Of a stretch of 30,328 nt of DNA, positions 8,379 to 15,163 are shown in pieces (position 1 is the first letter of the stretch; every line of letters starts with the position of its first letter). This DNA is from a virus. Taxonomy: Duplodnaviria > Caudoviricetes. Under the pieces are notes generated by a model. The model saw only the letters and a list, made by a program, of their open reading frames with translations, was not told the DNA's origin and searched no databases. The stretch spans positions 1 through 30,328 of the IMG/VR virus record IMGVR_UViG_3300032219_001928. One strand, written 5' to 3'. The position numbers and the translations under genes are program-made.

Positions 8379-9143
8379 ATGGCCAACATCGCTTCCAAGT
8401 GGACCCGGTTCATGGCGGTGGGATGTTCCCACGGCAAGCACATTTGCCCAGAGGCCAAGAAAGCCGTCCTGGCATTCAAGAAAGCATGGATTCGCAAGGG
8501 TGATCTCTCTCTGCACCTCGGTGACGCCATTGATACCGCTGCCTTCAGGTCGGGGGCTCGCGGCATCGATGCCGACAGCGCGGAGCCGGTCGCCCCTGAC
8601 ATCGACGGGGGCCTGATGTTCCTGAAGGAATACCGGCCTGACGTGTTCCTCTGCGGCAACCATGAGGCACGCCTCTGGCACCTTCAGTCCTCCCCGAATG
8701 CCGTGATCGCTTACGCCTCGAACCGGGCGATCCAGCACATCGAGGATGGCTGCGCCAAGATCGGCACAAGGGTCATTCCCTACGATGCTGTCTGGCAGGA
8801 ATACAAACGAGCCGACATTACGTTCATGCATGGCGTCATGTACTCCGAAAATGCAACTCGCGATCACTGCGAGTCCTTTGGCCCCGGAAAGGTAATCCAC
8901 GCCCACACGCATCGAGCGGCCTTTGCTACCGGCCGAACCCGCAAACGTTCCGAAGGTTTTTGCGTAGGCACTTTGGCCCGCAAACGAGAAATGACTTACG
9001 CCTCAACCAGAAAACAGACCCTTGCCTGGAGTATGGGCATCGTCGCCGGGGAGTTCCGCGAAGGATCAAAGCCAGCGTCTCAAGTCTGGCTTTTCACCGG
9101 GCCGAGCGAGGGTGAAGACCACGGGTGGCGGCTTCCGTTTTAG
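8379..9143 (+). CDS. Calcineurin-like metallophosphoesterase
   Basis: Motifs GCSHG (normally DxH), LGDAID, GNHE, MHG and HAHTH in canonical order. Confidence 0.85.
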   Translation: MANIASKWTRFMAVGCSHGKHICPEAKKAVLAFKKAWIRKGDLSLHLGDAIDTAAFRSGARGIDADSAEPVAPDIDGGLMFLKEYRPDVFLCGNHEARLWHLQSSPNAVIAYASNRAIQHIEDGCAKIGTRVIPYDAVWQEYKRADITFMHGVMYSENATRDHCESFGPGKVIHAHTHRAAFATGRTRKRSEGFCVGTLARKREMTYASTRKQTLAWSMGIVAGEFREGSKPASQVWLFTGPSEGEDHGWRLPF

Positions 9144-9163
9144 GTCACAGGCTCATTCTGACC

Positions 9164-9448
9164 ATGAAAAAGAAGGCCATAATCCAAAAACCACCACGAA
9201 ATTCTGCAAACCACTGGCTCGACGAGATCGCCGATCAGATTTCCGTCGGGGTGTCCGAGACAGTCCCCGAGGGCTGGATGCGGATGCAGGAAATCATGGA
9301 TCACCGCCGTGAGACTCTTGGGGAATCGAGAATTTTCTGTGAAGCGGCCATCGCGGAGGGGGTGATGGAGAAGAAAAAATTCAAGATCCGTGTTCCTGGA
9401 CAAGGTTGCCGAGCAATCTGGCACTACCACCGCAAAGTCACCTCATGA
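9164..9448 (+). CDS. Hypothetical protein (possible winged helix)
   Basis: ATG 9164 chosen as start; VPEGW...KKKFKI...WHY; ATGA-coupled to the next gene. Confidence 0.6.
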   Translation: MKKKAIIQKPPRNSANHWLDEIADQISVGVSETVPEGWMRMQEIMDHRRETLGESRIFCEAAIAEGVMEKKKFKIRVPGQGCRAIWHYHRKVTS

Positions 9449-9639
9449 GCATCGTCACCGACAGCGAACAACTTCCCGAAGGCAAGATCCGATGGGCTCT
9501 CTGCCTCGATGTGAAAATCGACGGAATCGAGCTGCCCTTCCGGCTCAGGTTCTCAACAGACAACCATGAAGACATGCTGGAGGCACTGGCCGACTTTCAC
9601 TCCATGCTTCTTCAAAAAATCGAAGAAAAGCTCCAATGA
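9445..9639 (+). CDS. Hypothetical protein
   Basis: MSIVTDSEQ...; ATGA overlaps at both ends. Confidence 0.6.
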   Translation: MSIVTDSEQLPEGKIRWALCLDVKIDGIELPFRLRFSTDNHEDMLEALADFHSMLLQKIEEKLQ

Positions 9640-9887
9640 AACTGCCCAAAAAGCTCAAGTTGGTCGAGCGACGGCTTGGCAAGGAGAAGGCCCTCGGGCA
9701 GTCCATCGCCCCGGATCTCATCGAAATCGACCCCGCCAAAAACAACAGCATGGAGAGGCTTGATACCCTCATCCACGAGGGTCTTCATTTGCTCCTGCCG
9801 GACGAGCCGGAGGTGCGCATCATCGCCCTGTCCAACCGCCTGAGCGACCTCCTCTGGCGGGATCGCTGGAGGCGGATCGAATTTTAA
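9636..9887 (+). CDS. Small HExxH zincin-like metallopeptidase
   Basis: LG...I.ID......LDTLIHEGLH...E motif. Confidence 0.7.
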   Translation: MKLPKKLKLVERRLGKEKALGQSIAPDLIEIDPAKNNSMERLDTLIHEGLHLLLPDEPEVRIIALSNRLSDLLWRDRWRRIEF

Positions 9888-10144
9888 GCTTCCGGCTCGT
9901 GGCCGTAGGCCATGAGAAGCTGGCGGGTCAGGATATTCTGCCGCTGAAGCTCCTCGGTGGCTCCCTTCAGCGCCTTCAACTCCTCGGTGCGCTGCCGGTC
10001 GATCCGGGCCTTCACCCCGCCGAGCTGCCACATGACGATCAGGGGGAAGAGGGCGTACAAGGCCCCGATCACGACGGCTGCCAGGATCCCGAAGATGCCG
10101 AAAGCCGCAAAGGCCCCGGCATCGGCTAGAAAAAGAGTGTTCAT
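9884..10144 (-). CDS. Small membrane protein, possible superinfection-exclusion factor
   Basis: MNTLFLADAG plus a long TM segment and coiled coil; co-oriented downstream of the putative repressor. Confidence 0.55.
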   Translation of the reverse strand: MNTLFLADAGAFAAFGIFGILAAVVIGALYALFPLIVMWQLGGVKARIDRQRTEELKALKGATEELQRQNILTRQLLMAYGHEPEA

Positions 10145-10191
10145 GCGTTGCAAAATGTTCTACAAAGGCGAACCGCACGGAAAGGCCAAAA

Positions 10192-10398
10192 TCACCCTCC
10201 GTTTGATTTTTTCGGCCTTTTAACCGCCTTCAGCGCGGTGATTTCCTCAACTGAGTAGGTCTTAAAATAGACCTGATGGATGGCTTCCCGGACGAGATCG
10301 GCCACCTTGCTGCCTGGGCCGCGTTTTTCGGCGAGGCTTTCAAGATGGGATTTCATCTCTTTGCTAACCCTGACTCGAATCGTTTCTGTCATTTTCAT
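10192..10398 (-). CDS. Ribbon-helix-helix (CopG/Arc-like) regulator, putative immunity repressor
   Basis: TETIRVRVSKEMKSHLESLAEKR...VADLVREAI, an RHH pattern. Confidence 0.8.
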   Translation of the reverse strand: MKMTETIRVRVSKEMKSHLESLAEKRGPGSKVADLVREAIHQVYFKTYSVEEITALKAVKRPKKSNGG

Positions 10399-10500
10399 AT
10401 AGGCACAATGTACCGCAAAAAGACCCTCCCCGCAAATTTCTTTGCCTAAGCGAAAGAATTATCTTTCCTATTGGTTCCCAATGTGGCACAAACTGCACCA
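10399..10500. promoter_or_regulatory. Divergent promoter/operator region
   Basis: AT-rich gap between divergent RHH genes; imperfect palindrome GGCACAATGTACC (10402-10414) and TGTGGCACA (10482-10490). Confidence 0.6.
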
Positions 10501-10653
10501 ATGAACGAAACGACGCTCGACAGCAAAGTGAATGTCCGGCTTGCAACGCCAGTGTTTAAGCACCTCCGCAAGCTTGCCGCAGCTGAGGATCTGAAGGTGA
10601 GCGACCTTGTTCGCAAGGCCATCCGCAAAACCTACGGGATCCCCAAAAAGTAA
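10501..10653 (+). CDS. Ribbon-helix-helix regulator, Cro-equivalent
   Basis: DSKVNVRLATPVFKHLRKLAAAEDLKVSDLVRKAI, an RHH pattern; ATG 10501. Confidence 0.8.
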   Translation: MNETTLDSKVNVRLATPVFKHLRKLAAAEDLKVSDLVRKAIRKTYGIPKK

Positions 10654-10662
10654 AAAAACCGG

Positions 10663-10926
10663 ATGACAACCCTCCTCAACAAGTCCCAACTGGCCACGGC
10701 CCTCAACCGCTCACCGGCCTACGTTTCGGCGATGTGCGCCGCCGGTTACCGGATGGACTGCGCGACCCAGACAACGCTCCGGCACGCTTTGGAGTGGCTG
10801 AGGGAGAATCCTGACTTTCGCTCAACAGGTTTTTTCCGCAAGAGAGGGCCTCGATGCACCCGCCCAGGTCGCTCGCGCCAAGACGCTGGTAAATCCTGTG
10901 AACCGAAGCTGTCGCATGACCGATAA
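10663..10926 (+). CDS. Excisionase-like HTH protein
   Basis: LLNKSQLATALNRSPAYVS...ALEWL; converges on and overlaps the integrase 3' end. Confidence 0.6.
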   Translation: MTTLLNKSQLATALNRSPAYVSAMCAAGYRMDCATQTTLRHALEWLRENPDFRSTGFFRKRGPRCTRPGRSRQDAGKSCEPKLSHDR

Positions 10927-11854
10927 AGCGCATCGCCTGCTGCTCGCTGACCGTCCCGCTTCTGGCGAGTCGGGTGATGGCCGTGACCCTCGTGGAGTGA
11001 AAGGTGACGCCTTTTTTACGGAGCTTCATTTTTTTGAAGAGACGGCTGAAGTCGCGGCTGATCTGCGGGTAGTAGTCGTAGGTGAGCTTTCGCTTGGTGG
11101 CCTTCAGGGTCTCGATCAGGGGGACAAGCTCGGGATGCAGCATGGTGACATGGTAGCCACCCCCCTTGATCTCAAAGGCAATGGTGCGCTCGGCGATGTT
11201 GATACGCTCCAGAGGCAGGGATGTCTCCCTGAGTCGGCAACCCTGGTGAATGGCGATCTCGAAGGCGACCCGCATGTCGGAGGTCAGCTTGGGGAGTTTG
11301 GCGCGGATCAGGGCGATGTCCTCGACGGTCAACTCGGCCTTGACCTCGCTCTTTTCGGCCTTGATGCCGAGTCGGGAAGCCGGATTGGCAACGATGAGTT
11401 CCTGCCGGACGGCCTCGAAGAGGATCGCCCGGAGGATACGGAGATCCATCAAGGCCGTGTTGGTGGAGCATGGGCCAAGTCCGGCAATGCCTTTTTTACG
11501 AAGGGAGAAGTATTCCAATACATGGCTTCGGGTGATCTGCTCGGCCAAGGTGATGTTTTTTTCCTCAAGGTAGGTGGAGATCGCCACCCAGACCTGACGG
11601 TAACGCTCACGGGTGCTGCCGTGCTTTGCCACCTCGATCCACGCCGGAACCCAATGGGAGAGCAGAGTGCGATGGCCCTCGCCGGAGGATTGGAACTCCT
11701 CAAGGGTTTTTTGCATGGCAAGCTCCTTGGCCTTGCGGCTGCCCAGCGAGGAGTCCAGCCGGTGCATGGTGGACTCGCGGCGGATCGACCCGTCGGCGCC
11801 ACGGAATTTTACCCACCAAAAAGGGGATCGATCTCGGCGGAAAAGCGAGGCCAT
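10703..11854 (-). CDS. int: Tyrosine recombinase (phage integrase)
   Basis: Arm-binding-type N-terminus (MASLFRRDRSPFWWVKFR); catalytic R (GCRLRE), K, HxxR (FHSTR), H (IGH) and Y (RIY). Start set at ATG 11854. Confidence 0.95.
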   Translation of the reverse strand: MASLFRRDRSPFWWVKFRGADGSIRRESTMHRLDSSLGSRKAKELAMQKTLEEFQSSGEGHRTLLSHWVPAWIEVAKHGSTRERYRQVWVAISTYLEEKNITLAEQITRSHVLEYFSLRKKGIAGLGPCSTNTALMDLRILRAILFEAVRQELIVANPASRLGIKAEKSEVKAELTVEDIALIRAKLPKLTSDMRVAFEIAIHQGCRLRETSLPLERINIAERTIAFEIKGGGYHVTMLHPELVPLIETLKATKRKLTYDYYPQISRDFSRLFKKMKLRKKGVTFHSTRVTAITRLARSGTVSEQQAMRFIGHATASVHRIYQRLGASDLGGCIEALSCGKNLLSESQDSPSATPKRAGALSGSRSPSGNRRRTSPKRRPVSG

Positions 11855-11864
11855 ACGAAAAAAG

Positions 11865-11885
11865 TAGTGTGCCCTAGTGTGCCCT
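11865..11885. repeat. attP left arm-type sites (2 x TAGTGTGCCC)
   Basis: Tandem 10-bp repeat, mirrored on the other side of the core. Confidence 0.8.
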
Positions 11886-11967
11886 GAGAAGCCAAAACGA
11901 ACCAAAAAGAACAAACTCTCTACAGAGTAGACCTAAAAAAAACATGCCAAAAACCACCCTTGCGCAA

Positions 11968-11999
11968 TCGTCATGGTTCAAATCCATGCGAGGCAGCCA
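11968..11999 (+). other. attP core = 3' fragment of tRNA-Gln (not a full tRNA)
   Basis: T-arm CATGG-TTCAAAT-CCATG, acceptor strand CGAGGCA, discriminator G and CCA. A72/G73 fit tRNA-Gln. No 5' half (TGCCTCG) upstream. The left edge of the core is uncertain. Confidence 0.85.
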
Positions 12000-12040
12000 C
12001 TCTTCTCCAAAAGAGAAAAATGGCGTTTTTAAGAAAAATG

Positions 12041-12080
12041 AGTGTGCCCTAGTGTGCCTTTTTGGCCGAAGGAGGGCACA
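12041..12080. repeat. attP right arm-type sites
   Basis: AGTGTGCCCT-AGTGTGCCTT (12041-12060) plus inverted AGGGCACA (12073-12080). Confidence 0.8.
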
Positions 12081-12188
12081 TTGATCACGCTCCTTTTGGT
12101 CACGCTGGTGGCCGTTCTTCTCCTCGGTCTTGAGGAGTTCACGGAGATCCTTTTGTGGATCCGCAATCAGATCGGGGGTGGCAAATGA
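12081..12188 (+). CDS. 35-aa membrane peptide (MITLLLVTLVAVLLLGLEEFTEILLWIRNQIGGGK)
   Basis: TTG start after SD GAAGGAGG; ATGA-coupled to 12185. Translated by hand. Confidence 0.5.
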   Translation: MITLLLVTLVAVLLLGLEEFTEILLWIRNQIGGGK

Positions 12189-12373
12189 GCGATCCGACCC
12201 TCGAGGCGGCTCTTGCCTACGCACGCTCCCTCTCCCCTGCCCGGCCTTCGCTTTGGCTGCGCCTAAAGCAATTTTTCAGGCACTGGCCAGGCCCCGTGCC
12301 TCGGATCACATGCTTCCACTGCGGTGACCTGAAGGTCCGTTCCACCGCTTACCCATCGGGAGGTGCCCGATGA
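12185..12373 (+). CDS. Hypothetical protein (CxxC)
   Basis: MSDPTLEAALAYARS...CFHCG; ATGA chain. Confidence 0.55.
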   Translation: MSDPTLEAALAYARSLSPARPSLWLRLKQFFRHWPGPVPRITCFHCGDLKVRSTAYPSGGAR

Positions 12374-12456
12374 TCTCGAAATTCTACGCTGCCCTGGGAG
12401 CTGCCGTCACCGTGATGCTGGCATTCACGTTCTTCCGCCAAGGAGGTCCACGATGA
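12370..12456 (+). CDS. 28-aa membrane peptide (MISKFYAALGAAVTVMLAFTFFRQGGPR)
   Basis: SD GGGAGG upstream; ATGA overlaps at both ends. Confidence 0.5.
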   Translation: MISKFYAALGAAVTVMLAFTFFRQGGPR

Positions 12457-12710
12457 GCCTCGGGATCTGCACGATGCCGGGATGTCTCACCCAGGCATTT
12501 TGGGTTCATGGCACGCCGGTGGAGGATGACGCCGGTGGTCAGATCTTCCCCTGGGAGCTGTGTAACTGCTGTCACGAGTCGGCTCTGGCCGCTGATCGAG
12601 CCCTTGCCGATGCGGGGATCGCCTTCCCTGACGAGCAGGCTTGGTGCTTCGAGGCGGCCCGCGCCCGGAACCAGCGCCTGCTGAAACTGGAGGGGCTCAA
12701 GAAGAAATGA
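12453..12710 (+). CDS. Hypothetical Cys-rich (Zn-binding?) protein
   Basis: SD AAGGAGG; CTMPGC...CNCCH. Confidence 0.55.
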   Translation: MSLGICTMPGCLTQAFWVHGTPVEDDAGGQIFPWELCNCCHESALAADRALADAGIAFPDEQAWCFEAARARNQRLLKLEGLKKK

Positions 12711-13240
12711 TCTCGGCTTCTCCCCAGGAGGCGTTCCGCGCCTACAGCAACGACACGGCGGAGTCGGCCTACACGCCCGACTATGCCGCAGAGATCGATG
12801 GCGAGGCCGATGAGCTGGCGGAGGAGTTTTTCTGGTTTGTGCAGAGGAATCTGCCCCCCTCAAAGGCTCAGGTGAACTGGCTTGTGATGAAGGAGGTGAT
12901 CTCCTGCGCCGGTGCCTGGGGTCTGACGGTTCGTGAAAAGGAGCGCAAAAACCTTGCCGGTCAGGCGTGGGAGCTTCTGGGCCGTGTCATCGGTCTGCTG
13001 CTCTCGGCCAAAAATCTGGCCGCTCAGGTTCACGCCCTCGCCTTTGCCGCCGGGCTCGATCAGCTCAACGGGAAGCGGTCTCAGGCGGAGATCGCTCGCG
13101 AGTTAGGGTGCACCCGCGCCCTGATCAGTCACTACGTCGTGGGATGGGCCGATGTCCTCGGTCTCTCAATCACGAAGTTCAGAAAGTCGGAAGGAAGCCG
13201 CGCCACCTACAAGGCGGTGCAACTGAGTCGGAAAAACTAA
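12707..13240 (+). CDS. HTH DNA-binding protein, sigma70 region-4-like; candidate late activator
   Basis: C-terminal RSQAEIARELGCTRALISHYV helix-turn-helix; start at ATG 12707 (ATGA overlap). Confidence 0.65.
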   Translation: MISASPQEAFRAYSNDTAESAYTPDYAAEIDGEADELAEEFFWFVQRNLPPSKAQVNWLVMKEVISCAGAWGLTVREKERKNLAGQAWELLGRVIGLLLSAKNLAAQVHALAFAAGLDQLNGKRSQAEIARELGCTRALISHYVVGWADVLGLSITKFRKSEGSRATYKAVQLSRKN

Positions 13241-13262
13241 CAACCAAGAAAGGAAATATAAC

Positions 13263-13640
13263 ATGAAGATTGCAGTAAAAATGATCGATGAGTCTGGAAA
13301 TGATGTCCTGACTTTTGTGGAAGCTGAAAACACCGCAGATGCGGCAAAATGGGCCGAGAGCATTGCAGAATTCAACGGGGGACTAGCCAATGTTTTATGC
13401 GTTGCAGTTCCAGAGTATTGGGTTTTTTCAACAGCAATACAGACAGACAGCATCCTTCTTGAAGAAAGACACACCGGTGCTTTTGCGAGGGTTGATGATA
13501 ATACCAAGGAAGAATGGTCAGCGGCATTTGAGGCTCCATCAAAGCCGTATAAGTGGCCCTTGGCCAATTACGCCCGAGTGATCGCAATGAAATATGTAGG
13601 AGGGCAGTACGTCAAAGATATCACCGGAGGTGACCAATAA
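13263..13640 (+). CDS. Hypothetical protein (lower GC, accessory)
   Basis: 125 aa; visibly AT-richer codons than neighbours. Confidence 0.65.
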   Translation: MKIAVKMIDESGNDVLTFVEAENTADAAKWAESIAEFNGGLANVLCVAVPEYWVFSTAIQTDSILLEERHTGAFARVDDNTKEEWSAAFEAPSKPYKWPLANYARVIAMKYVGGQYVKDITGGDQ

Positions 13641-14095
13641 TGAGCCAAGAACTAACACCCACAGGGTATTTTCGCCCGGATGGCCTTGTGCTGCCGGAGG
13701 TGATGAGCGGTCAGGAGTTCTTCGAGGTCGGCTACCGGATCAAGGTGGCCAAGAAGTGCTCCTCAATCTGGATGCGCCAGTGGCGCGAGTATGGATCGAA
13801 TAACTACGGCGAGGACTTTGTCCAGGATACGGAAAAGCAGATCGACTCTCAACTCGATCTGGAGCTGGGTCTGCCTACCGATCCGGTGGAGAAGCCGAAG
13901 CTGAATGAAGGGCTCGGCAAGGGGACGGCCATCGTGACCATCGAGGGGCTCCACCAAGGATTCTCGATCTGGCGGAGGAAGATGGATCAGTCGATCCCGA
14001 AGTGGAACAGCGATGACCGCAAGAAGGCGTGCGAGCTGCTGCGCCCGATGGTGGAGTTCTACGACTATCTGCTCTCCACGGAGGCTGGAAAATGA
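13640..14095 (+). CDS. Hypothetical protein, LmbU-like N-terminus
   Basis: GLVLPE.MS..EF.EVG..I.....IWM..W..YG..NYG pattern; TAATG coupling. Confidence 0.5.
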   Translation: MSQELTPTGYFRPDGLVLPEVMSGQEFFEVGYRIKVAKKCSSIWMRQWREYGSNNYGEDFVQDTEKQIDSQLDLELGLPTDPVEKPKLNEGLGKGTAIVTIEGLHQGFSIWRRKMDQSIPKWNSDDRKKACELLRPMVEFYDYLLSTEAGK

Positions 14096-14427
14096 GCTTA
14101 ACCAGCGTCGATCTAGTAAAAGGAATTCATAAGCAAATTTTGGAATCGCATTCCGATGCATTGTGCACAGCCGTAGATCGGGTTCTAAACACGGTGATTT
14201 CTGAGATCAGATTAATCGGGAACGAAATTGCGATCTTGTCTTGGCATAATCTTGAGGACTCAGAGTCATCCGGTGAGCATTTTCAGAAGTTTTTTTTGAA
14301 GAAGCATTTACTTAAAGCGGCTTCAAATGGAGACATTGACGAACAGGATTTTTTCAAAATATCCGAAGCCTTTATTGAGATTGGGCAGTGGATGCAGTCT
14401 TTTGAATTTGAAGGAGGTAAAGAGTAA
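14092..14427 (+). CDS. Hypothetical protein (lower GC, accessory)
   Basis: MSLTSVDLVK start by ATGA overlap; AT-rich. Confidence 0.6.
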   Translation: MSLTSVDLVKGIHKQILESHSDALCTAVDRVLNTVISEIRLIGNEIAILSWHNLEDSESSGEHFQKFFLKKHLLKAASNGDIDEQDFFKISEAFIEIGQWMQSFEFEGGKE

Positions 14428-14648
14428 TGGACTCCGGGGTGATGGATCTCTGCGATGAGATCGAGGCGCTGAAGGCGGAGATCCGCCGGATCCGTGCTGC
14501 GGCCTCCCATGTGATCGATAAGTCGTGTTTCTCCAATCAGGAGGAACTCGCCGATCTCGGGAAGGCCATCCGTAAGCTCCAGATCGAGCTGGATCGCTTC
14601 GCCCCGTCAAAGGTGCTGGATGCCCCAAGGAAATCCCGCCGCCGCTGA
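14427..14648 (+). CDS. Hypothetical coiled-coil protein
   Basis: SD AAGGAGG; TAATG coupling. Confidence 0.6.
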   Translation: MDSGVMDLCDEIEALKAEIRRIRAAASHVIDKSCFSNQEELADLGKAIRKLQIELDRFAPSKVLDAPRKSRRR

Positions 14649-14651
14649 CCC

Positions 14652-14978
14652 ATGCGCCAGACGACCTACGATGATGCCCTGATCGGGCTGCTCTCTTCGG
14701 TGATTCTCCAGGCGGTCGAGGACTACCAAGCCTTCGTGAATGCCGGGGTCATTGAAGGGGGGCTTCCTGTCGGGATGGCTCGGCTCGGTCGCACCTCCCG
14801 ATCCAAGAGCAAGCATCAACTGATCTATCACCGTGTCCGTGGGATGGGCCACTCCACCGATGTGACGGAACTCATTGAGTTCCTGACCGGCAGTGGCCTC
14901 CAGTTCCTCTGTGATGTGACGGGGATGAAGGCATGCCGGATCCGCAGGAAGCTGGGGATCGAAGGAGGTGCGCTGTGA
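14652..14978 (+). CDS. Hypothetical protein
   Basis: LLSSVILQAVEDY...EFL pattern common in phage early regions. Confidence 0.6.
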   Translation: MRQTTYDDALIGLLSSVILQAVEDYQAFVNAGVIEGGLPVGMARLGRTSRSKSKHQLIYHRVRGMGHSTDVTELIEFLTGSGLQFLCDVTGMKACRIRRKLGIEGGAL

Positions 14979-15163
14979 AGGTGGGCGATCTGGTCACGCT
15001 GAAGTCTTCGGGCCGTCTGATGAAGGTGCTCCAGATCCATGCAAAGACCCGTGAGGTCTGCGTGGTTCCGGCAGATACCGCCAACCTTCCAGGTCTCTGG
15101 ATCAAGCAGGAGGCCATCGAGGTGCCCGGCCTGCGCTCCACAACGTCAACGCTGAAAATCTGA
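14975..15163 (+). CDS. YodC/DUF2158-like small beta-barrel protein
   Basis: GTG start after AAGGAGG; MKVGDLVTLKSSGRLMKV. Confidence 0.55.
   Translation: MKVGDLVTLKSSGRLMKVLQIHAKTREVCVVPADTANLPGLWIKQEAIEVPGLRSTTSTLKI

Noticed and set aside
10898-11887. 329-aa + strand ORF antisense to integrase
   Set aside because: Shadow frame of a GC-rich gene; no recognisable motifs.
11930-11999. Complete tRNA gene
   Set aside because: Only the T-arm and 3' acceptor strand are present; no D-arm, anticodon arm or 5' acceptor strand.
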